Positions 1 to 9,117 of a stretch of DNA of 64,000 nt are shown here, one piece after another. The notes beneath the pieces were generated by a model. That model did no database searches, was not told the origin of the DNA, and was given only the letters and a program-made list of their open reading frames with translations. How positions within the stretch are numbered: position 1 is the first letter of the stretch; each line of letters opens with the position of its first letter. The DNA comes from Diplonema japonicum (Eukaryota; Protista; Euglenozoa: Diplonemea), in assembly GCA_964019335.1 (NCBI GenBank), contig OZ025756.1, positions 160,868 through 224,867 on the forward strand, in the 5' to 3' direction. The position numbers and the translations under genes were made by a program.

Positions 1-596
1 GTGAAGTAGAAGTCGAGGAGGAAGATGGAAAGCTGTGTTAAGGTATTTTCTAAAGTAGCCAAGTACTGTGCCTTGCAAGGTAGGTTGGAGCATGATACGA
101 CCTCACGGCGCTGCTGTTGAGTGGAGAGAATTGATAGGTCGAAGAGGCCAAAGCGGTTGGTCTGCTCGACGTAAAGGATGGTGAACCAGACCACCAGGCC
201 GATGATAATGTTTATGGGAACACGCTTAGGAAGGCGGCAGACAAGGCAGATGTCTATGAGCATGACAAAAAAGGGCCACGCTCTGCTGTCACCGCCCAGT
301 GAAATATCATACAAATCACCTAAGATGAAGGAAACACTGATACTGTAAAGAATGAACTCTAGCACTACGCTTTCAAACCTGCGAACGACAAACAGCTGGT
401 ACAACTGTGGTAACACAGAAACAATGCCAACAACGCTGAACACAATCTGGACTTCAATCGGGTCGTTGAGTAGGACCATGCTATACCCAATTAAAATGCC
501 CATCGAACCCATCAGCAGAATCTTCTTAATGAATACTATATGCCTCTCGTCGCCCGGCCGTATAATATAGCTCAGCAACTTGTCTGCGAACATCAT
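1..596 (-). CDS. Receptor adenylate cyclase paralog, 5' part (membrane sensor region); continues beyond the window edge
   Basis: Translates as MMFADKLLSYIIRPGDERHIVFIKK...RAWPFFVMLIDICLVCRLP...RFGLFDL...LLDFYF, a close duplicate of 2403-2998. Absent from the ORF track because it has no stop in the window. Confidence 0.9.
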   Translation of the reverse strand, partial: MMFADKLLSYIIRPGDERHIVFIKKILLMGSMGILIGYSMVLLNDPIEVQIVFSVVGIVSVLPQLYQLFVVRRFESVVLEFILYSISVSFILGDLYDISLGGDSRAWPFFVMLIDICLVCRLPKRVPINIIIGLVVWFTILYVEQTNRFGLFDLSILSTQQQRREVVSCSNLPCKAQYLATLENTLTQLSIFLLDFYF

Positions 597-832
597 TGTA
601 TCCAATGCCCTGTAGATGAAAAGTGAGATGGAATGTGGAAAAAGGAGTACAACGGAAAATAGTTTTACGACGCATATATATTTTTCATCTATTGCGTGAA
701 GGACAGGTTCAAGACACCAGATATTCTGACATTGCTCACATTAGAAAAGCAACCTTTATCCTACGGGTACATAATGCATGAAAAAACTCAAGATTAACCA
801 TTGTTGGAAAACAAAGCTCAAAGAACAGAACA

Positions 833-2998
833 CTAATTCAATGAACCGAACCTTTTGACCTGAGTCATCATTTCCACTTCCAGCAAGCGAAGTGAAGTCC
901 CATCAGGTGCGCTACATGTACCCTTTTCAATGAGGTTGATATTTTCTATCACAGAAATCTCAGAAAGAGAGCAGGCATAGTAGCACAGAACACCACATGA
1001 AACAGCATCGCTGCACAGTGAACTGCTCACCACCACACCAGTTCCAAGAACAGTCATGAATTTCTGCCTCTTGTCCCCCACTGTCCCGTGAAAAATGGTG
1101 CTCGTCGACATCCCCGCATGGATCGAGGCTGCACCCCCAAGGCCAGCGGACACTCCAAGCATCTTCACAAACACCAACGAGTTCTCAACATGTGTGGGGC
1201 ATGGTTTCATGCAGTTCCAGCAGACAGCAACCCTGTTCCCCTGAAGTGACACCACTGCTCCGTGTGACCTCTCCGTGCATGTCAGTATCTTCGAAAGCCC
1301 GACATTCATGGTGAAACCCACTTCGCCGCCTGACCCGTAGCCCCCAAGTACAAATTCCGCATGGCTAACAGTGGCGGAGTTGCTGTGCTGAAGGAGCTTC
1401 CGAACGCCTGACTGGTGGCTGATGGCGCTGTCCTCGGTATCACATCTTGCGGAGGAGCGCATAGTTGATGATGAGTTGGGTGCCTCATCGCTAATACATG
1501 TCCTGTCCTCCCTCTTCAGGAGGAGCTGTTCTTTCAAAAAGACTGTCCTCCCAAGAAGGGAATGGGGAAGGAGAAGGAAGGGGTTCAGTGAGTCACCCAC
1601 ACCCTTCAGTTCAGTCTGCCCCATCGGGATGACAGAGACAGAGTCAAGGGGACCAACAGCCTCCATCACCTCAGGAGTGACAGCAACAGCCCCACCCACA
1701 CAAGCCCCTTCCATCCGAGCCGCCTTGTTCACAGTGTTCCCAAAGTAGTCGTACCTCCCTGTCAGGGTGTTCAGTTGTACCGAAACATCACCACAGTGAA
1801 CACCCACACGAACCCTGAGACCACACCAAGGGCCTTCAGCATCCCACGAACAGTGGTCAACAGTGTCCAAGAGCTCCTCAGGCCACACACTCTTCACAAG
1901 CCTCTCCTGAACAGACAGACCAAACCACACCGCATCAGAAGCACTCTCAAAGGCCACCATGAAAGCATCCCCAATGGTCTTCACCTCGTACCCATTGTGC
2001 TCAGCGATGCAGTCCCGTATTGCCTTGTTGTGAACCTGAAGTCCCTCCTTCATCCCTCCTGGACATGCCTCCCATGTTGCCGTCGATCCTTGGATGTCGG
2101 TGAAGACAAGGGCTGCTCTCTCAGATTGAAGACCAGGTGGTGGGACTTCAGAGTACCGCCTTTTGCCCTCGCTGTGCATGCTGTGGAAGAGTGCATCGGG
2201 GAGGTAGGGGCGGTACATCTCAAGGTTTTCAAGTATGCTGCTGAAAGCGTCGTAAAGGGGAGGGGGAAGGGAGGCTGTTGAAAGGATAGCTTCGGCTGAG
2301 ACAAGGTCGAAGTGGGAGAGGGAGGTCGCGATGTACTCTGTGGCGGCGATCACTTTGTTCATCTTGTCGTGTTCTTTGTGCAGTTCAGAAGCAAAGCCTC
2401 GGGTGAAGTAGAAGTCGAGGAGGAAGATGGAAAGCTGTGTTAAGGTGACCACAAGGGAGTCGGCGTACTGTGTCTTGCAAGGTAGGGTGGAGCATGATGT
2501 AAACTCACGGCGCTGCTGCTGAGTGGCGAGAATTGAGAGGTCGAAGAGGCCAAAGCGGTTGGTCTGCTCGACGAAAAGGATGGTGAACCAGACAACCAGG
2601 CCGATGATAATGTTTATAGAAGCACGCTTAGGAAGGCGGCAGACAAGGCAGATGTCTATGAGTATGACAAAAAAGGGCCACGCTCTGCTGTCACCGCCCA
2701 GTGAAATATCATGCAAATCACCAAAGAAGAAGGAAACACCGATACAGTAAAGAAGGATCTCTTGAGTAACCGCGTGATATCTGCGAATTACAAACAGCTG
2801 GTACAACTGTGGTAACACAGAAACAAGGCCCATAATGCCTATCAGCACCTGGATCGCAATCGGGTCATTGAGAAGCACCATGCTGTATGAAAGTACAATA
2901 ACTATCGAACCCATCAGCTGAATCTTCTTGATGAATACTATATGTCTCTCGTCGCCCGGCTGTATAATATAGCTCAGCAACTTGTCTACGAACATCAT
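833..2998 (-). CDS. Multi-TM receptor adenylate cyclase (active class III domain + degenerate second cyclase-like domain)
   Basis: Motifs FTDIQGST, EVKTIGDAFM, LRVRVGVHCG, YDYFGNTVNKAARME; hydrophobic N-terminus. Start moved from 3121 to MMF at 2998 by comparison with the paralog starting at 596 and a pyrimidine tract + AG just upstream. Confidence 0.92.
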   Translation of the reverse strand: MMFVDKLLSYIIQPGDERHIVFIKKIQLMGSIVIVLSYSMVLLNDPIAIQVLIGIMGLVSVLPQLYQLFVIRRYHAVTQEILLYCIGVSFFFGDLHDISLGGDSRAWPFFVILIDICLVCRLPKRASINIIIGLVVWFTILFVEQTNRFGLFDLSILATQQQRREFTSCSTLPCKTQYADSLVVTLTQLSIFLLDFYFTRGFASELHKEHDKMNKVIAATEYIATSLSHFDLVSAEAILSTASLPPPLYDAFSSILENLEMYRPYLPDALFHSMHSEGKRRYSEVPPPGLQSERAALVFTDIQGSTATWEACPGGMKEGLQVHNKAIRDCIAEHNGYEVKTIGDAFMVAFESASDAVWFGLSVQERLVKSVWPEELLDTVDHCSWDAEGPWCGLRVRVGVHCGDVSVQLNTLTGRYDYFGNTVNKAARMEGACVGGAVAVTPEVMEAVGPLDSVSVIPMGQTELKGVGDSLNPFLLLPHSLLGRTVFLKEQLLLKREDRTCISDEAPNSSSTMRSSARCDTEDSAISHQSGVRKLLQHSNSATVSHAEFVLGGYGSGGEVGFTMNVGLSKILTCTERSHGAVVSLQGNRVAVCWNCMKPCPTHVENSLVFVKMLGVSAGLGGAASIHAGMSTSTIFHGTVGDKRQKFMTVLGTGVVVSSSLCSDAVSCGVLCYYACSLSEISVIENINLIEKGTCSAPDGTSLRLLEVEMMTQVKRFGSLN

Positions 2999-3317
2999 TG
3001 TGCCCAATGCCCTGTAGAAAAAAAGTACAGTGGAAAATGTGGCTCTATCACCACGACGCTGCTTGTTGGAATCAAGGTTCGAGAGCAAAGCACACCGTAC
3101 GGAACGCATCGCAACATCCAATTAGGCTGATGTCTTTAGATGTCTCAGGTAAGAGGGCAGGCACAGGCACAGTAAGAGAGTAGAGTGAATCATCGACATA
3201 CCCCCAAGGTCAGCGGACACCCCCTGCATCTTCACAAACACCATGGGGCGGTTATAACAAGATCAAGGCGGTGAAGGTGCCACGTCAGTTACGCCAAGTT
3301 CGAGAAGAAACAAAAAC

Positions 3318-3491
3318 AAACTCAAATTAACATGCAAACTCCTAAAGCGAAAGCCGCATGCCCTAAAAAGGGGGTATGGTCAGTACTAGGTATCTCTCAG
3401 TTTCGATCTAATCTTGCGACTCCTCCAAGTGCTGATCTCTTCAGGCAAGTAGCACCCTTCATTGGCTCCGGAGAGTACGTTTCCCGACCAC
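3318..3491. repeat. Structured ~175-195 bp dispersed repeat, copy 1
   Basis: Near-identical to 48299-48493 (aaactcaaatta..catgcaaactcctaaagcgaaagccgcatgccc...ttcccgaccac). Confidence 0.85.
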
Positions 3492-4099
3492 AAACAAAAG
3501 AAGGGAGAAACCCCGGCTCGCTGGAAAACAAGCTCAAGAAAATGGAGATGGAAAGAAGAAAAAAGACTTCTGTGATAAATGAACCGCCTAGCGTACGAGC
3601 AACTACTCATCCACTCCAGTGGGTGTTGCTTCTGCTCTGAAGGTAGGGTGGTCCGCGACAAAGAGAAAAGAAAGAAGAAGGGTGTAAAAAAAAAAGGGAG
3701 GGAGAAAAAGAGGGGAAAAAAAAAAAAAAAAAAAAAGGCGAAGGTATCAAGATAAACCATCAGGGAATTAACAAGAAAACTCGATCCTCTATGTTAGAAA
3801 ACATCAGAATAGAATACTCGTTTTTTTTTTTTTTTAAAGGGAAAAACACTGTTCACGGTAAGCAAATAACTTTTTTCCGCCGTTTCCTTAAACCTAAAAT
3901 CTTTTTTCTGCTAAGTACGGCAACCTGTAACCACAACTTTTTTTCCACCGTTACTGTAACCACCAGGTATTTTCCTTATGCAACTAACAAACTTTTTTTC
4001 CACCATCCACGGTAACCTGTATCATTATTATGCCGATTAGGGTTTGGGAAAGAACCGGCATTTTTATGCCTGATTAGGGTTTGGAACTTTGAGGAGTGA

Positions 4100-4384
4100 C
4101 TAACCCCACCACCCACCAGTTGAGAAATGGGGGTTCCTGCAGGTTGCAGCATTATGCCCGACCTTTCTGCAGTTGCTGCACATTCTTCCCCTCTCCCTTT
4201 TCGCCGGCTTGCCTATTTGTGACATTGTCACGATTGGTGGCCTGAGGCCATCCTTCCCGTTTTCACAGGCATAGGGCGGGGGGGTGGAGAAGTACATCAG
4301 ACGCCATGCAGAGACCTTGAGGTTGACGTGTCGTTTGAAAACCTTGCGGGCCACAGCGCAGATGTGGGCACAAGGTATACCCAA
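4100..4384 (-). pseudogene. MULE transposase C-terminal fragment (SWIM zinc finger + CCHC knuckle)
   Basis: GIPCAHICAVA ... CSNCRKVGHNAATC. Confidence 0.7.
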
Positions 4385-4575
4385 ACCGAAAATGCAAAAA
4401 AAATCCGAAATTTCGAAAAACTAAAAATGGGAAGGTTACTAAGAATAGGAAGGTTTCATGGGAGGGTGGAAAGAAAGTTATGGGCTACCGTACTTGGTTG
4501 GAAAAAAAGTTCCAACATACATGGTTTAGTGGAAATAAGATTAGGTTACCGTGGATGGTGGAAACTTTATTAAAA

Positions 4576-6624
4576 GAGATGAGATAAAGGAGGTTCTTGT
4601 CTTGGAACGTCCCCCTTGTCTCTACTTATCTACCTTTCTCCCTTCTGGGGCCTCGGCCTTTCTTTCTTTTTTGGCTGTGTTGCCTTTCTCAAAGTATCCT
4701 CTCTTTCTTCTTGCCACTTCCTGCCCAGTTTCTTAAGGTCCTTCTTGGTTTTCTCTGATGCAAAAACTGGCCTTCTGTTCCATCCCAGACTGATGGTTCT
4801 AAGCGCGTGGTTCTTCTGGCTCTCCGCTGGGAAAATCCGCTTGCCTCTGACCTTCTTCTGTATGCGTGTTGTGTCCCACCCTTCTTGGATTCTTTCCAGT
4901 AGGCCGTGGAAACTCCGCGCCTTCTTCTGTATCATGGCTAGATCACCCTTCTCACCCTTCTTCCCCGTGATCGGCTCGACGCCCAGCGTGTTCTCGAAGT
5001 CTAGTACGAGTTCCATCGTGGTGACTGTCGTCTTCCTCGGTCCATCGTACCACTTCAGCTTTCTGAGCCACTTGACGGTGTCTCCGTGCTTCATCATCAG
5101 GCTCCCGCTCACATGCTTCCTCAGCTCCTTCCATTCAGGTGGCGCATGAGCGTTTCCTTCCGTTATCTGTTCCCAGGGGTGCGTCGTGTACGTTTCTAGC
5201 ATTCTCTTGTCCTGGAGAAGCTGGTCTCGTTTTGCCACCACTTCCAGCAGGTAGTCCTGCGTCTTCCTCAGCAGGTGTTGGTGTGATCGGTGACCACGCG
5301 GAGCGTTCCATGTAGCTGCATGCAGATTGGCATTTCCGTCTTGTTGGCCACTACTTATGCATGTACTTCCTTCTGTTGCACCTCTTTCGCCACACTGCGT
5401 TCCCATAGTGCGTGTCGTAGCATGTTGCTCTCGTCCTCTTCCGCACCGCACGCGTCGCATGTGACCTCGTCTGTTGTTGGTCTCTTGTTCACACGCTCGT
5501 GTGTCTCGTCCCCTTCCTCTTCCGAGCTGTCCTCGCTTTCGCTCTGCTCGCCCTCTGGGGGACCCGTCTGGTGATGTTGTCCTGGTAGCACGCCTTTGGG
5601 TGGATGTAGAAAACCCCTCCCGCCACGATCCTCCGGAGGTCTCTCGCTGCCATTGCTCCTTGTGGTCCGAGTCTCCTCAGCTCTCGCCACAGGTCGTTCG
5701 TGCGTGGGTCTGCGCCCCGGTCTAGCCCCTCCATCGAGCGTCTTCTGTCTTGTATGTGCTCCGCACGTCCCGACCTTAGCTTTTCTCGCACTATATGTGC
5801 GAATTTGTCCTTGTTCTCAGCTAGCATTTCGGTGAACTGCCCCCAGTTCGTGCTGATCTTCGCGATCCACCGCTTCATCGCGTTGCCTATCGGGCCCAAA
5901 GGTGTCGTTCTTGTCGGGTCCTGGTACCCTTTGGCAAGTCTCTGGCACCGCTCCCACACCTCTCCCAGTTTTTGTCTCGTTCTGTATATGGCTGCTAGTG
6001 CTCTGTAGGGCGCTGCTACCTCTGGGTCGTGTGTACAGGTTTGACAGCACCGCCGCTGGTGATCTTGTTCTGTACCTCGGTCCCCACAAGGCGTATGTCG
6101 CGGTTGATGTGAGTGATTTGAGGTATCCTTCCGACGGCGGCGCGAATGCAACATCATACAGACAGCTGGGTAGCACCGTCGTTCTCAGGACTTCCGCTTT
6201 CTGCCAGAACGAGAGCTGAGTGGTCGCGAGCCTCCGCAGCGTGTCGCCCGCCGCCCTGGCCCTGATGTTGTCCGTCTGCGTCTGACCATCCGTGCGTATC
6301 CTCGCCCCCAGGATCTTGATCTTGTTCGTAGACCGCAGCTGCCTTCCTGCTACCTTTATCTCTGGTGCCTTCCCTCCTGCTGCGAAGACTTCTTCGTGTT
6401 GAGCTCCATGCCAACTATGTCGCAGAACGCGGATGCACTGTCCGTGGCTTTTTGTAGTACTTCTGCTAATTTCGCCAACAGGTATGCGTCGTCAGCATAC
6501 GACAGAGTCTCCGCTCCCGTTCGTTCCTCCACGCTCCTCATCAAGACCGCTAGTGGAGCGTTGATCATGATCATGATGATGGAGATTGCAGGATTCCGTT
6601 CGTGGTTGTGAACTCCTCGCCTAC
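4576..6624 (-). mobile_element. 5'-truncated, frameshifted non-LTR retrotransposon (LINE)
   Basis: RT motifs LSYADDAYLLA and GMELNTKKS (6356-6574), upstream TTTNGILQ remnant, C-terminal CDAC...HALWE finger; ORF split over several frames; flanked by TATTAAAA at 4568-4575 and 6625-6632. Confidence 0.85.
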
Positions 6625-6795
6625 TATTAAAAAAAAATCGTTTTGGTAGAAAAAAAGTTGTGATTACCGTACTTGGTGGAAAAAAAGTTCCAAGTTACCG
6701 TGAACAGAGGTAAAAATTCTGCTTACAGTACTTGGTGGAAAAAAGTTATTTGCTTACCGTGAACGGTGTTTTTCTCTTTTTTTTATCATGTTTGA

Positions 6796-8919
6796 CTAAA
6801 AAACACCAGTTGCATTCACATCTATGTCCACATCTATGTCCAGTAGGCGCAGCTTAGTACCGTCAGTTTCATAGAAACCCGTATCTAGGATTCTGAGCCC
6901 CTCCATCCTTGCCTCTGTGGGGAAGGGAGTAGCATAGTAGCACAGAACACCATGTGATTCAGCACGACAGCAAAGTGAACTGCTCACCACCACACCAGTT
7001 CCAAGAACAGTCACAAACAGCTGCCTTTTGTTGCCCACCGTCCCGTGAAACATGGTGCTCGTCGACATCCCCACATGGATCGAGGCATCATCCCCAAGGT
7101 CAGCAGACACCCCAAGTGTCTTCACAAACACCAACGAGTTCTCAACATGTGTGGGGCATGGTTTGGTGCAGTTCCAGCTGACGGCGATCCTGTTCCCTTG
7201 AAGTGACACCACTGCTCCGTGTGACCTCTCCGTGCACGTCAGTGTCTTCGAAAGCCAGGTATTCATCGCACTACCCACTTCGCTGCCTGACTTGTAACGC
7301 ATAAGCACAATCTCAACCTTCGCAACAGTTGCGCAGGTGCTCGCCAGCGTCGGGTCATCGTTATGAAAACTATATAAGCTACCAGGCTGCGATTGCCTTT
7401 CGGGCTCGTCATAAACCTTAGACCCCAGTTTCCTGTCCCGTCTTTTGAGGAGAAGCTGCTGCTCAATAAATAACCTCCTTTCACGGTGTGCTTCGGGGAG
7501 GAGCATAGACGGGTAAACCATGCTGGCTACACCCTTCAGTTCAGTCTGCCCCATCGGGATGACAGAGACAGAGTCAAGGGGACCAACAGCCTCCATCACC
7601 TCAGGAGTGACAGCAACAGCCCCACCCACACAGACCCCTTCCATCCGAGCAGCCTTGTTCACAGTGTTCCCAAAGTAGTCGTACCTCCCTGTCAGGTTGT
7701 TCAGTTGTACCGAAACATCACCACAGTGAACACCCACACGAACCCTGAGACCACACCAAGGGCCTTCAGCATCCCACGAACAGTGGTCAACAGTGTCCAA
7801 GAGCTCCTCAGGCCACACACTGTTCACAAGCCTCTCCTGAACAGACAGACCGAACCACACCGCATCAGAAGCACTCTCAAAGGCCACCATGAAGGAGTCC
7901 CCAATGGTCTTCACCTCGTACCCATTGTGCTCAGCGATGCAGTCCCGTATTGCCTGGTTGTGAACCTGAAGTCCCTCCTTCATCCCTTCTGGACATGCCT
8001 CCCATGTTGCCGTCGATCCTTGGATGTCGGTGAAGACAAGGGTTGCCTTCTCGGATTTAAGACCAGGTGCGGTGACCTCAGAGTAGCGCCTTTTGCCCTC
8101 GCTGTGCATGCTGTGGAAGAGTGCATCGGGGAGGTAAGGGCGGTACATCTCAAGGTTTTCAAGTATGCTGCTGAAGGCGTCGTAAAGGGGAGGGGGGAGG
8201 GAGGAGGTTGAAAGGATAGCCTCGGCTACTTCAAGGTCGAAGCGGGAGAGGGAGGTCGCGATGTCCTCTGTGGTAACAATCACCTTGTTCATCTTGTCGT
8301 GCTCCCGTCTGAGGTTGCTGGAAAAGCTGCGGGTGAAGTAGAAGTCGAGGAGGAAGACCATACATTGGTCTGCATACATGGTGAGTGAGCTGCCCAAGTA
8401 CAGGGGGCAGGGCAGAGTGGCGCAATCTACAACGGCGCGACGGTCTTCCTGTGGAGTAAGGAAGGCAAGATCGAAGAGGCCAAAACGGTAGGTGCCTTCA
8501 AAAGCCAGACAGCCAAGCCACATCATTAAGCAAACCACAATATAGTTCGTAACGCGTGTGGGCAGGTGACAGACTAGACACAAATCTATAAGAATGACAA
8601 AGAAAGGCCACGCGCGTCCACCCTTCATGGAAGTTACCATCATGAGGTCAGACATAAGGAACAGTGCACTCAAGACGTACATCAAGATCTCAACCAGCCC
8701 ATAGCGCACCTTCTTTTCCACCATCAGCTGGAAGAATAAAAGCAACGAGCTCGTCATGACAGCTAGACGCCTCAGCTGCAGCACCGGAGGGCCTCCGATG
8801 AAGAGATAGAAGGCACAGATCACGATGTTGACCACACCCCCTGCGGTGAGGATCTTCTTGACATAGACAGTGTGTGAGTCATCGGTGGGTAGAATAAGTC
8901 GTAGTGCCTTGCATTGCAT
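6796..8919 (-). CDS. Multi-TM receptor adenylate cyclase paralog
   Basis: 707 aa; same sensor, cyclase and degenerate cyclase motifs. Confidence 0.92.
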   Translation of the reverse strand: MQCKALRLILPTDDSHTVYVKKILTAGGVVNIVICAFYLFIGGPPVLQLRRLAVMTSSLLLFFQLMVEKKVRYGLVEILMYVLSALFLMSDLMMVTSMKGGRAWPFFVILIDLCLVCHLPTRVTNYIVVCLMMWLGCLAFEGTYRFGLFDLAFLTPQEDRRAVVDCATLPCPLYLGSSLTMYADQCMVFLLDFYFTRSFSSNLRREHDKMNKVIVTTEDIATSLSRFDLEVAEAILSTSSLPPPLYDAFSSILENLEMYRPYLPDALFHSMHSEGKRRYSEVTAPGLKSEKATLVFTDIQGSTATWEACPEGMKEGLQVHNQAIRDCIAEHNGYEVKTIGDSFMVAFESASDAVWFGLSVQERLVNSVWPEELLDTVDHCSWDAEGPWCGLRVRVGVHCGDVSVQLNNLTGRYDYFGNTVNKAARMEGVCVGGAVAVTPEVMEAVGPLDSVSVIPMGQTELKGVASMVYPSMLLPEAHRERRLFIEQQLLLKRRDRKLGSKVYDEPERQSQPGSLYSFHNDDPTLASTCATVAKVEIVLMRYKSGSEVGSAMNTWLSKTLTCTERSHGAVVSLQGNRIAVSWNCTKPCPTHVENSLVFVKTLGVSADLGDDASIHVGMSTSTMFHGTVGNKRQLFVTVLGTGVVVSSSLCCRAESHGVLCYYATPFPTEARMEGLRILDTGFYETDGTKLRLLDIDVDIDVNATGVF

Positions 8920-9117
8920 TGTTCCCCCCCCCCCCCCCCTAGGCCTGAGTATGGGTTTATGTCATGGGGGGGAGGGGGGGGGGGGGGGGGGTAATAAATA
9001 AAAGAAAGCAGTCCGTAGAAAAAAGGATAAATCACATATTTTCATTACCTTCTTATTTTCTTTTTTTTCTTTTTTTTCTTTTTTAGAGGAACGAGGGAGC
9101 GGCATATAAAACGTTCG

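Larger units (their letters stand above)
3839..6776. mobile_element. Internally deleted Mutator-like (MULE) DNA transposon with long TIRs
   Basis: Left end GGGAAAAACACTGTTCACGGTAAGCAAATAACTTTTTT is the inverse of right end AAAAAAGTTATTTGCTTACCGTGAACGGTGTTTTTCTC. Internal 4100-4384 (-) encodes a SWIM-finger half (GIPCAH) and a CX2CX4HX4C knuckle, typical of MULE transposase C-termini. Confidence 0.75.

Noticed and set aside
1775-2281. Recurrent plus-strand ORFs (MYRNITTVNTHTNPETTPRAF... and MNCSPPHQFQEQSQ...) in many copies
   Set aside because: Antisense shadows of the homogenised cyclase DNA; lengths vary and there are no independent motifs.
3850-4020. Spaced AACTTTTTTTCC repeats (also 59790-60010) resembling a CRISPR array
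   Set aside because: Degenerate subrepeats of a transposon TIR; spacers are related to each other, context is eukaryotic and there are no cas genes.
6356-6574. Reverse transcriptase beside a variable gene family, suggesting a diversity-generating retroelement
   Set aside because: The RT is a truncated, frameshifted LINE with a TSD; there is no template/variable repeat pair or adenine-specific variation.
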